From assembly GCF_009914755.1 (NCBI RefSeq), contig NC_060935.1: 64,000 nucleotides of DNA, one strand, 5' to 3'. The notes under the pieces were generated by a model. It did no database searches, had not been told where the DNA came from, and worked only from the letters and a program-made list of their open reading frames with translations. The DNA is from the human T2T-CHM13v2.0 reference genome, Homo sapiens. This document shows positions 46,076 to 58,380 of the stretch, piece after piece (position 1 is the first letter of the stretch; every line of letters begins with the position of its first letter). Both the position numbers and the translations under genes were made by a program.

Positions 46076-46499
46076 TAATATGGTTTAGATCTGTGTCCCC
46101 ACAGAAATCTCATGTTCAACTGTAATCCCCAGTGTTGGAGGTGGGACCTGGTGGGAGGTGATTGGATCATGAGGGTGGTTTCTCACGAATCGTTTAGCAC
46201 CATCCCCTTGGTGCTGTTCTCATGATAGTGAGTGAGTCTTTGGGAGATCTGGTTGTTTAAAAGTATGTAGCACCTCCTTCCTCTCTCTTGCTCCTGCTCT
46301 CACCATGTAAGATGCCTAGCTCCCCTTTTGCCTTCTGCCATGATTGTAAGTTTCCTGAGGCCTCCCCAGAAGCCAAGCAGATGCTAGAATCATGTTTCCT
46401 ATAGAGCCTGCAGAACTGTAAGCCAATTAAACCTCTGTTCTTTATTAATTACCCAGTCTCAGGTATTTCTTTATAGCAGTGTGAGAATGGACTAATACA
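46076..46499 (+). mobile_element. MSTA-like MaLR solo LTR
   Basis: TAATATGGTTTAGATCTGTGTCCCCAC...GGACTAATACA; TSD GTAAG/GTAAT. Confidence 0.94.
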
Positions 46500-47438
46500 G
46501 TAATATGTTAAACCCTACAGGGGAGGATCAACATGGGATGTGAAAGGAGTGGTGAACGGACTCCACCAGACTATTAGAAATAAAATGCACAATGATAAAA
46601 CAAAAGAAAAAAAGAAAGATGGGAAGTGATGAAAACTTGAGTCACATAAGGGCTCATGTTTTATTCAGGCAAAAAAATTATTAAGTTCTTCTTTTATGTC
46701 AAACACTTTATTGAGCAAAAAGAAGAAAGACCTTTAATTTTGAGGTAAATTATTTTTTATATTGTGAAAACAGGCACTCAAACAGTTATGATTCAATACT
46801 CAGATAAATAGATCATTTAATATTGTAAGTTATATTCATCCTCAGTTTACATCTTTATGTATATATATACACACACAAATTAATGTATTACACATTAATG
46901 TATCCAGTACTATTAAATTTTTGTTTTTTAATATGAGCAGCATGTTATAATTTCTTTCATTTTTCAATCGGTCTGCTAAATTTTTTGATAGCTCATTCAA
47001 TCCATGGAGTGTTTTCCTTTGAGATAGATTTCTTCTTGAAATTTTCCTGTACATATTGTAAATTTTCTACCCTTATAAATAACTTACCTCCACAAAGCCA
47101 ATCCTTTTAATTCATCACATATACATTTAATTCTGCTGTTCATATTACCACTTGAACTTTCCTGAAACTTTCCTTTCCACTGTCAGTTCAAGCTGCCAAC
47201 TCAAAAACACACACAGAAAGGCACAAAGGAAAGAACCAGATAAGTCATATAATAACAATATTGCCATATATATTCACCATAATCCGTAATGAGCTCATAA
47301 ATTCACCTGCAGTACTGTATTTCATATTTCCATCAACCTGTATGTTCAATTTTTTTTCCAATTTTATGTATAAGGAAATTGAGGTTTGATGAAATAAAGT
47401 AACTTGACCAATATTAAAGATTCAGTAAGTGACACATT

Positions 47439-47732
47439 GAATTTAGGAACTTACACTCTATGTCATAAAAGGTTACCTATTTTGCCAAGCTTAAAATGTT
47501 TTTACATAAAATGGAGAATATATAAAAGGATTTATAATATATTGAAGGATATTTTATATTCATAAAAAAAAACTATGGAAAATTGGAATTTAAGAACTTA
47601 CATGCTATGTCATAAAAGGTTACCTAGTTTGCCAAGCTTAATATGTTTCTACATAAAATGAAGAATATATAAAAGGATTTTTGATACATTGAAGAAGAAT
47701 ATTTTATATTCGTAAAAAATAAATTATGGAAA
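47439..47732. repeat. ~147-bp diverged tandem duplication (2 copies)
   Basis: CTATGTCATAAAAGGTTACCTA.TTTGCCAAGCTTAA recurs with period 147. Confidence 0.95.
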
Positions 47733-47959
47733 CCTTGTATCTCTAGCAGTAGCAGCACAATTTAGGTTAATGAATAAAAGCATTTGTCCTTCAAAACAAA
47801 ATTTTCAGTTAAAGATAAAAAGAACTATCTATTTAAAAATAGTATCAGGTTTCTCCTTCTAGGAATATGAAGTAGACACACTTTTCCCTCTTTCTTCTGC
47901 TAAGTAGCCCTTAGTTTTAGCCCAACTAAAAACCTTGGACATTATATGAAAGAGAACAA

Positions 47960-48070
47960 AGGAAGACGGAGAAGGAGAAGGGGAAGGAGGAGGTGGAGGA
48001 GGAGGAGGAAGGGGGGGAGGAAGAAGAGGGGGAGGAGAAGGAAGAGGAGGAGGAGGAGGAGGACGAGAGG
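47960..48070. repeat. (GGA)n purine tract
   Basis: Direct observation; source of the poly-R and poly-S ORFs. Confidence 0.95.
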
Positions 48071-48388
48071 AATCTGTAAAGTGGAGAAAAGGAAGACCAG
48101 CGAGGACTATCAGGACCCAAAGAACAACATGGTAGTGATGATATTCTTGTGTTTCCTTTTTTGCCTCATATATTACAGACTTGGAGTTACAGAAGCTGGC
48201 AATTTAAAAACACCAATGGACACAGACAACATAAAGCCCTACCAAAAACCTGCTCTCTCTAGTCAAACTAGAAAAATAACTGCCTAAGAAGACAAAAAGC
48301 TTCTAGATCATAACTGCTCAACTCCACCCAAACTCCATAGAAAATTCTGTCACCTCAATTAACCCTGGCAGAGAGGCTGTGTAGGTAG

Positions 48389-48897
48389 TGTGAAAAGAAA
48401 AGTAGAATCTTTGGACCCCAGACTTGCTATGCCAAAAGGAAAGTTAAGCTTGGGAGCTGAGCCACACAAAAGCTGCCTTTGTTTTGTTGCCAAACAGACA
48501 GCTGTTTTCACGTTTATCTTATGTAAAATGTAGATTTATAGAGCTCCAGACAAATGCATAATTGACTTCCTTCCACTCCCTTCTTTTCACATGTAAAATG
48601 TAGATTGACTGACCACTAATCGGAGCCTCACAAGAATGTAACTACTTGCCTCATTGCGTACCCCGTCCCCCCTTACTCCACGCTCCCCCCACCCCCGGCT
48701 TTTTCCAGCTTTTTCTTCTTCCCTTCCTGCTTACTCTTTACTCTTTAAACATTACAGTTGCCAAAACTCTCTTTGGAAAAAATGTAGGTCACAGATCTTA
48801 CTGTGATTTGTGTTTAATTTTTCCAATTATGTCTGCAACCTTGGGAAAATAAACCACTAATTGATGGAAATCTGCCTCAGTCACTTTTTGGTTGACA
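48389..48897 (+). mobile_element. MER4-group ERV1 solo LTR (MER72-like)
   Basis: TGTGAAAAGAAAA..GGACCCCA..GCCAAAAGGAAAGTTAAGCTTGGGA...AATAAA...TTGACA. Confidence 0.8.
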
Positions 48898-49133
48898 CTT
48901 GTCTAGACCTGTACCTTTCCCAGGCTACAACTAGATGCTCCAATCCCCCACCAGGTTAGAATTAGGGAAGGCCAAGTGGGAACCCTGGACTTTTATTCCT
49001 GCTGCGCAATGACAAAAGGCCCCCTGTGCAGGGTCAGTGGAGTACACATAAGGAACCTTACCTTTCACCCCAGCAAGCAGTAACAAACTGCTACTCCTCC
49101 TCTTCACCAGGTGTTAGAAATGTCTAAAGGAGA

Positions 49134-49509
<376 letters not shown>

Positions 49510-49706
49510 TCAGTAGAGACCACATGTGGAAATAAAACTTCTATCCTTGCTGGGCAAAAATCAGGAGCCACCCTCTCCCTTCCTCTTGAGTGTCATAGGA
49601 GGCTAAGTGGAAAATATGGACTCCTGTTTCTACTCAGTAATTATAGAGTGACATTCTACCCCCTACCCTATCTCCTTTCCTGCTGGAACAGTGTCAGAAA
49701 AAGCCA

Positions 49707-50210
49707 GTGATCAAAATGTCCTTAACATTTTCCTTAGCTTGACCAATTTTGTGACCAGCTTCTGTAATTGCAAATTCTTCCCTGCCATTATGAGATGTAC
49801 ATTTTTTTTAAAAGCCTCCTGCCAGATTTGCAATGCAGGATTGTCTTTCTCAAGGACTAAGAGCCTTCTCTTTCAAATGTAATAACCAAGGAAGAGATCA
49901 TTCTTGTGTCCCAGTCTCTATGACAGGATAGGAGACTAAATCAGGTGCCTGGTAGGCAACCTGCTCCAAGTTGTAAAACTGCCTCCTCTCATGAGATTCC
50001 AGAAAGTTTACTTTGCCTTTGGTAAGGACAATTAGTAAACACAGATTGACTAAGCACCTACCATTCCCAGTTATTAAAGACTCTCCAGCCCTTCACTTCT
50101 TGAGTTGAATTTAGACCATGTTCTGATCTCTTCCTCTGAAGCAATAGCCTTGAATAAACTTAAAGTATCACTTGCCTGTTTCATGTTGTTGGGTGGCTTT
50201 TGTTTTGAAA
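49707..50210 (+). mobile_element. MER67-like ERV1 LTR
   Basis: CTTTCTCAAGGAC..GAGCC..TCTTTCAAATGTAAT..CAAGGAAGA, with AATAAA near the 3' end. Confidence 0.6.
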
Positions 50211-50349
50211 CCAGCTAAAATATAACCTGTCTCAAAAAAATCATTCATTATACAAAAAAAAAAAAAGATTTGACTTAAAAGTAAAAAATCAATAGATGTC
50301 AGCAGCATGATGGCAGAAATGTTAGAATTGTCTCATAATGATTTCAAAG

Positions 50350-50902
50350 TGTTACCAAAAAGACATCTCGATCCAGAAGCCAAGAGAGGGTTCTTGGATC
50401 TCGCACAAGACAGAATTCTAGGCAAATCCACACAGTAAAGTTAAAGCAAGTTTATTAAGAAAGTAAAGGAATAAAGAATGGCTACTCCAAAGGCAGAACA
50501 GCCCTGAGGCTTGCTGGTTGCCCATTTTTATTGTTCTTTCTTGATTATATGGAAAACAAATGGTGGGTTATTCATGCCTCCCCTTTTTAGACCATATAGG
50601 GTAACTTCTTGACATTGTCATGGCATTTGTAAACTGTCATGGCACAGGTAGGCATGTAGCATTGTGGACAATTAGAGGTCACTCTTGTTGCCATCTTGGT
50701 TTTTAGGGGTTTTAGCCAGCTTCTTTACTGCATCCTGTTTTATCAGCAAGGTCTTTATGACCTGTATTTTATGCCGATGTCCTATCTCATCTTGTGACTT
50801 AGAATGCATAGCTGTTTGGGAATGCAGCCCAGTAGGTCTCAACCTTATTTTATTCAGCCCCTATTCAAGGTTGAAGTCACTCTGGTTTGAGCGCCTCTGA
50901 CA
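50350..50902 (-). mobile_element. MER41A-type ERV1 solo LTR
   Basis: TGTTACC..CCAAGAGAGGGTTCTTGGATCTCGC...CCTCTGACA; 553 bp; TSD AAAG. Confidence 0.93.
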
Positions 50903-53074
50903 AAAGTAGCCATGGTTTTTAAAAAATGCTTCAGTAGGCAATTAACAACATGCTTGAGGTAAATGAAGGAACAATTAGAAAGTCTCAGCAAAGAAACAGA
51001 AATTCTTAGCAAATAAATAGACTAGATAAATATTAACCAAAAGGAAATTTTAGAACTGAAACACACAAAAACTTAAATAAAACTTAGCAATGGATTCATC
51101 AGCAAAACAGAGGTGTAGTATTCCTGTATGTTTTAGAAACTTTCTAATTAATATTAATTACATACTCTTTTATAACAGTTAAATTTCTTCTAATAACTTT
51201 GTGCTGCTGGTCCTTATTTTATTACACCAGACAGATGTCTGAAAGAGGAATACTATATCTGGCCTATGAAACAAATTAGATTGTTTATTAAAATAGAGAT
51301 GAATCATTCTAGAAACAGATCCCAGTAAGATTACTTTACTCTAATTGGATTGGTGACAATCTTTAATTTAGTAAAATTAACATCTTAGGTTTGTATCACA
51401 CTTAAGTTATAAGACATTTGGCAGGTACTGTGTTAAACCTCTTAGGTTTATCATTCAAATATTTCACAAAGTTTGGTATACATAAAATTGTTGTTGTTAT
51501 AGGGATAAGTGTTTTTTTATCTTACTGTTAAATAGCATTGAATCACAGAGAAAGAAACATATTATTTTTCATTTCTCTTCCTGACTTTCTTATTACACCA
51601 AAGAGAACATTTCTGTTTAATACCACTATTTCTTTATAATTTCTCCCTGTTTTAACAAAGATAAAGCCCCAGGCTCAGAATTTTCAGCTGGCACTGCATC
51701 TATCTAGGATTTATTTTAGCATTACTTTGGTTTTAAAGTGTTTTTTTTTTTTGTTATCTGGTTTTTATGCAAAGCGTTCTTGTTTTCCATTTTAAAGTTG
51801 ATATAAAGTTTCTTTTTAAAAAATATATTTAATTTTTTAAGCACTTAACTTAAAGAAAAATAATAAGTAATAAGAATACATATGAAATGAAAACATAGCC
51901 AAACTCATGATGGCTTCATACTCATGCAGAATTTTAATTATTGTGCTTTAACTCATTGGCTCTCCCGAAAGACGTTAGATTAATGTCAATTGTGGAAACT
52001 GAGGGCAGTGATTTATTCCAAGTTCTAAAGATCATTATAAATAGATCCTAGGTTTTACACTTTTAGCTTCTCAACCAGTGTCTCTTATGAAACAATGCCT
52101 CCATAAATTAAGAAGTCACATTTTTCTCCCATAGGGATTCTAGTCCAGGTTGTGTAACTCATTGTCTCCAACACTGACAAAATATCTGTGGGAATCTTAA
52201 GTCATTCCCTCTATTAAAAACATGCATTTTTTAGTAGTAATCACAGAATTGGGATTTTAAAAAATAAAGTAGAAATAAAGTCATTTTTAATCTCTCTAAA
52301 GACACCTCTGATTAATTTTTTTTTTGATCGTTACAATAAAGATCACTTAATAAAAAGTCTGGCAGGAAAATAACTTAAGGGATTCTTTTGTTCTTTCTTC
52401 TGATAAGTCATCCATTTATAAAGATTGTAATTCAGAAAAATAATAAAAGAAAAGATGTGATTAAATTAAAGGAGAAGACCTAAATAAATCTAAAATGCTG
52501 CATTTAATAAAATGATGCAATAAAATCTACAAGATTGAAAGGCATGGGCTAGGTTGGTTAGGAGAAAACACAAAGAAATGTATTTGTATAAGTTTTGCTT
52601 TAGAATTGAATTAAATGTTATAGCTTCTCAAGTTTCAGGGCAAAAATGACAGATATAGCCGTGATTAAGAAATAAAAATGGATAGCTTTTATTATTCAAA
52701 GAAGTAGACTGTGACATTAAACAAAAGTAACCAAAGAGAATGCATTTCACTTATTTGATGAGCATATTTGGACAGAATTTAATGTTCAGAATGGGTGTTA
52801 GTACATTAAAATGTTCAATTTCCTCCACCCCTAATTCTACGGATGCATAAATCATTTTTGGTTGGGACATTCATTTAAGATATTCGTCTTTCAGATTTTT
52901 CTGAAAAAAATTGTAAAATTGTACATAAAAGGACGTTTTTAATGGTTTGGTTTTTACAATATTTCCAAATATTATCTTCTAGGACTAGCATTTTGACCCT
53001 TTTCAAGATGTTATAAAGACCAAAAAAAATGTATTTGTAGTTTCCAAATATTTCTTCATCAAATCTTGTTTTGC

Positions 53075-53357
53075 ACAGAAGCAGAAAACCAGATGCCCCA
53101 TGTTCTTACTCATAACTGGAAGCTAAACATTGGGTACACATGGATATAATGATAAGAACAGTAGACAATAGGGACGACAAAATAGGGAGGGAGGAAAGGG
53201 GGTAAAGGTTGAAAAAGTACTTATTGTGTACTATGCTCATTACCTGGATGACGGGTTCAATCATACCTCAAACCTCAGCATCACACAGTATATACATTAT
53301 AACAAACCTGCACATATACCCCTGAATCTAATAGATGAATTGAAAAAAAAAAAAAAC
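53075..53357 (+). mobile_element. L1PA15/16-like 3' end with poly(A)
   Basis: GCTAAACATTGGGTACACATGG..AAACCTCAGCATCAC..CCCTGAATCTAA. Confidence 0.88.
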
Positions 53358-54876
53358 TTTAGAAGCATTGCTTTAAAGTGATTAAAGGCTCTGCCCACAT
53401 GAGAAAAATAACTAAAGTAGGAAAGCAAATTAGTTGTTACATTTCAGTAAGTAAAGTTAAAATTTTCTATTATGTTAATATTTTCACCTCTGGTGCTATA
53501 CTTAGGATGCATGTTATCAGTTTCTGAATATATAGACTAAAATAAGTCCATGATCTAACTTTCATAAGTCTGTAAACTAATATTCATAGAACCCATCTAG
53601 AAGTTAGAAATAATTCATTAGACAGTATAGTGAATTGACTTTATTAAAGAGTCTATAGTTAATAAGTGCATTGTTACTTAATTTGGTCATACCACATCCA
53701 TATAATCAAAGTGAGATTCAAAGGTATTAAAATCTAATTAATGTTTCCAATGTATTCTCCATAAATATTAAGACACATCTAGAATAATTATGAGATCAAT
53801 GGACTCACAGAGATGTTTGAACAGTTGAAATTCTTCATGCTTTCACAACATACATTGTGATGCAGACATGCTCAATCTAATTTTCAAAAACATTTGCAAT
53901 TTAAGCAATTAAATGAAGAAGATATACAACTGATATGTAAAAATTTGTGAAAGACTACTCCCAAAATAATGTTTCTGTTATCTGAGTTACAGTTGAGTAT
54001 TTTCTGAGGGGTTTCATGTGCTTTGATGTGTATCCTATGCTCAAGCTTAAAGATTTTGTGATATGAGCTAGAATTTTCCAACAAAGCAGAGATAGAATCA
54101 GAGTGAGGATTTTAGGCACATATCAAAAATGTTCTTATTAATAATCAAATTTTGGGCAAATTAGTCAATGTTTCCCCAAGACAAATAAGTTAGAAAATTT
54201 ATACATCATATAAAAATGATTGGTATTCATTCTATTTCAATCATCATGACAGAAAATACAAATGAGCTGTCTCACCCATGTCTTTAACTCAAGATTTCTC
54301 CTGTTATCACTATTCTAACAAATGATAAGTAATTTTCAGGCCTGTATTAATCTGATATGATACCTATCTCTTGGGGCCCCAAAACGGTCATTTTATATTA
54401 AAATGTTAGGGGAATCTCTGATTTGATATGCAATTGATTACAGGTGCCTAGGTTATGATTCAACAAGACAGGTGGTGAGAGATGAATGGTATAAAATCTA
54501 GCCTCAAGCACAGCAACATGCTACAGAAGGTTATGATTTTACATCTTAAGAGATTTCTAGGAAATGTTACCCAGAGTTAAGAAAAATGATTGGTTTACCA
54601 TAAAATTATGCAATATTTTAAAGTTCTGTTATAAAAATCTTCCTAAAATGTTGGGAGCTATAAAATGAAGGATGGACTTACACAGAATTGTCTTGGTTAC
54701 AGAAAAAAAGGCATGTTTAAAAACAGATATAATGTCATCAGCTACAAAACTATTTATCAACAATTTATTATATTGTCTGCATTATAAAATCTTAGATTAA
54801 ATATCGATTAGGATGAATTACAATGCAGAACATCTTTTCAGTAATAACAGCATCACTTAATATATTTTATATTTTG

Positions 54877-57800
54877 GAGCAACAGCAAACAAATTCAAAA
54901 TCTAGCAAAAGACAAGAAATAACTAAGATCAGAGCAGAACTTAAGGAGGTAGAGACACGAAAACGAAAAACCCTTCAAAAAATCAATGAATCCAGGAGCT
55001 GTTTTTTTTTTTTTTTGAAAAGATCAGCAAAATAGACCGTTAGCCAGAATACTAAAGAAGAAAAGAGAGAAGAATCAAATAGATGCAATAAAAAATGATA
55101 TACCACAGAAATACAAACTACCATCAGAGAATACTATAAACACCTCTATACAAATAAACTAGAAAATCTAGAAGAAATGGATAAATTTCTGGACACATAC
55201 ACTCTCCCAAGTCTAAACCAGGAAGAAGTCGAATCCCTGAATAGATCAATAACAAGTACTGAAATTGAGGCAGTAATTAATAGCTTACCAACAAATAAAA
55301 GTCCAGTACCAGAAGGATTCACAGCCGAATTCCACCAGAGTTATAAAGAGGAGCTGGTACCATTCTTTCTGAAACTATTCCAAACAATAGAAAAAGAAGG
55401 ATTCCTCCCTAACTCATTTTATGAGGCCAGCAACATCCTGATACCAAAACCTGGCAGAGACACAACTAAAAAAGAAAATTTCAGGCCAATATCCCTGATG
55501 AACATCTATGTGAAAATCCTCATGAAATACTAGCAAACCGAATCCAGCAACTTATCAAAAAGCTTATCAACCACGATCAAGTTGGCTTCATACCTGGAAT
55601 GCAAGGGTGGATCAACATACGCAAATCAATAAATGTAATCCATCACATAAACAGAACCAATCACAAAAACCATATGATTATCTCAATAGATGCAGAAAAG
55701 GCCTTCGACAAAATTCAACACCTCTTTATGTTAAAAACTCTCAATAAACTGGGTATCGATGGAACGTATCTTGAAATAATAACAATCTATGACAAACCTA
55801 CAGCCAATATTATACTGAATGGGCAAAAATTGGAAGCATTCCCTTTGAAAACCGGCACAAGACAAGCATGTCCTCTTTAACCACTCCTATTTGACATAGT
55901 ATTGGAAGTTCTGGCGAGTGCAATCAAGCAAGAGAAAGAAATAAAGGGTATTAAATTAGGAAAAGAGGTAGTCAAATTGTCTCTGTTTACAGATGACATG
56001 ATTGTATATTTAGAAAACCCCATTGTCTCAGCTGAAAATCTCCTTAAGCTGAGAAGCATCTTTAGCAAAGTCTCAGGATACAAAATCAGTGTGCAAAAAT
56101 CACAAGCATTCTTATACACCAAAAATAGACAAAGAGCCAAATCATGAGTGAACTACAATTCACAATTGCTGCTAACAGAATAAAACACTTAGGAATACAA
56201 CTTATAAGGGATGTGAAGGACCTCTCCAAGGAACACTACAAACCACTGCTCAAGGAAATAAGAGAGGACACAAACAAATGGGAAAACATTCCATGCTTAT
56301 GGTTAGGAATAATCAATATTGTGAAAATGGCCATAGTGCCTAAAGTAATTTATAGATTCAATGCTATCACCATCAAGCTACCATTGACTTTCTCCAGAGA
56401 ATTGGAAAAAAACTACTTTAAACTTCATATGGAACAAAAAAGAGCCCTTATAGCCAAGACAATCCTGGGAAAGAAGAACCAAGCTGGAGGCATCATGCTA
56501 CCTGACTTCAAACTATACTACAAGGCTACAGTAACCAAAACAGCATGTTACTGGTACCAAAACAGATATAGAGATCAATGGAACACAACAGAGGCCTCAG
56601 AAATAACACCACGTATCTACAACCATCTGATCTTTGACACACCTGACACAAACAAGCAATGGGGAAAAGATTCCTTATTTAATAAATGGTGTTGGGAAAA
56701 CTGGCAAGCCATATGCAGAAAACTGAAACTGGACCCCTTCCTTACACCTTATACAAAAATCAACTCAAGATGGATCAAAGACTTGAACATAAGAACTAGG
56801 ACCATAAAAATCCTAGAAGAAAACCTGGACAATACTGTTCAGGACGTAGGCATGGGCAAAGGCTTCATGTCTAAAATACCAAAAGCAATGGTAACAAAAG
56901 ACAAAATTTACAAATGGGATTTAATTAAACTAAAGAGCTTCTGCACAGCAAAAGAAACTATCATCAGAGTGAACAGGCAACCTACAGAAAGGGCGAAAAT
57001 TTTTGCAATGTATCCATCTGACAAAAGGCTAATATCCAGAATCTACAAAGAACTTAAACAAATTTATAAGAAAAAAAAAAACAACCCCATCAAAAAGTGG
57101 ATGAAGGATATGAACAGACACTTTTAAAACGAAGACATTTATGTGACCAAAAAACATATGAAAAAAAGCTCATCATCACTGGTCATTAGAGAATTGCAAA
57201 TCAAAACCACAGTGAGACACCATCTCATGCCAGTTAGAATGGCGATCATTAAAAAGTCAGGAAACAACAGATGCTGAAGAGGATGTGCAGAAATAGGAAC
57301 ACTTTTACACTGTTGGGAGTGTAAATTAGTTCAACCATTGTGGAAGACAGTGTGGCAATTTCTTAAGGATCTAGAACTAGAAATACCATTTGACCCAGCA
57401 ATCCCACTACTGGCAATATACCCAAAGGATTATAAATCATTCTGCTATAAAGACGCATTCACACAAATGTTTATTGCAGCACTATTCACAATAGCAAAGA
57501 CTTGGAACCGTTCAAATGTCCATCAATGATAGGCTGGACAAAGAAAATGTGGCACATATACACCATGGAATACTATGCAGCCATAAAAAAGGATGAGTTC
57601 ATGTCCTTTGCAAGGACACGGATGAAGCTGGAAACCATCATTCTCAGCAAACTAACACAAGAACAGAAAACCAAACACCGCATGTTCTCACTCATAAGTG
57701 GGAGTTGAACAATGAGAACACATGGAATAGGGAGGGGAACATCACACACTGGGGCCTATTGGGGAAGGGGGCTAGGGGAGGAATAACATTAGAAGAAATA

Positions 57801-57916
57801 CCTAACATAGAGGATGGGTTGATGGGTGCAGCAAACCACCATGGCACGTGTATACCGATGTAACAAAACTGCACGTTCTGCACATGTACGCCAGAACTTA
57901 AAGTATAATAAAAAAG
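54877..57916 (+). mobile_element. 5'-truncated L1PA7/8-type LINE-1 (~3 kb, disrupted ORF2 and 3' UTR)
   Basis: ORFs 55177..57708 are L1 ORF2 pieces ([30 protein letters not shown]); AACTTAAAGTATAATAA end. Confidence 0.97.
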
Positions 57917-58380
57917 TAAATATATGTATAATATTTTAATTTGTAATAATAGCACCTACATAAAAATGTTTTTGCTTCATTTTATATTTGCCAATACTAG
58001 GTAAAGAGAAGGGAGAATTACCAAAAAGAATGCTAAGTTTTGCACTTTAACAGAGAAGTAGCAAAAAATAACAAGGAAAGAAAGGGAAAGTAATTTTCTT
58101 CAAACCACGGAAGGTTTATGTGATCAAAGGAATTATACACTTTTTTTTTTTAATTTAGGATATTGAAAGAAAGTATAATATATTGCTATACTTTAGATTG
58201 GTTATGTTTTAAATAATTTGGGGTAGAGATATTTTGGTATTTGCTGTATGTGTCACATAAACGCTTATGTTAACAATAAAAAAACAACTTAAGTTTGCAG
58301 CTATCTGCACATTCTCCAAATTTTGTTTTCCAAGGAAAAGAGCAAGGTGGAAGACTTTTCAACTTGGGATGAAAACCACA

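Noticed and set aside
47926-48287. Arg-rich protamine-like ORF and antisense poly-Ser ORF
   Set aside because: Produced by a (GGA)n tract inside an old L1 5' region.
53884-54084. Minus-strand ORF after a possible acceptor, considered as a further exon of the fossil gene
   Set aside because: No convincing donor, and the peptide is not coiled-coil-like.
56144-57127. 327-aa ORF, the longest in the window
   Set aside because: C-terminal piece of L1 ORF2 in a 5'-truncated, frameshifted element; neither a host gene nor an active L1.
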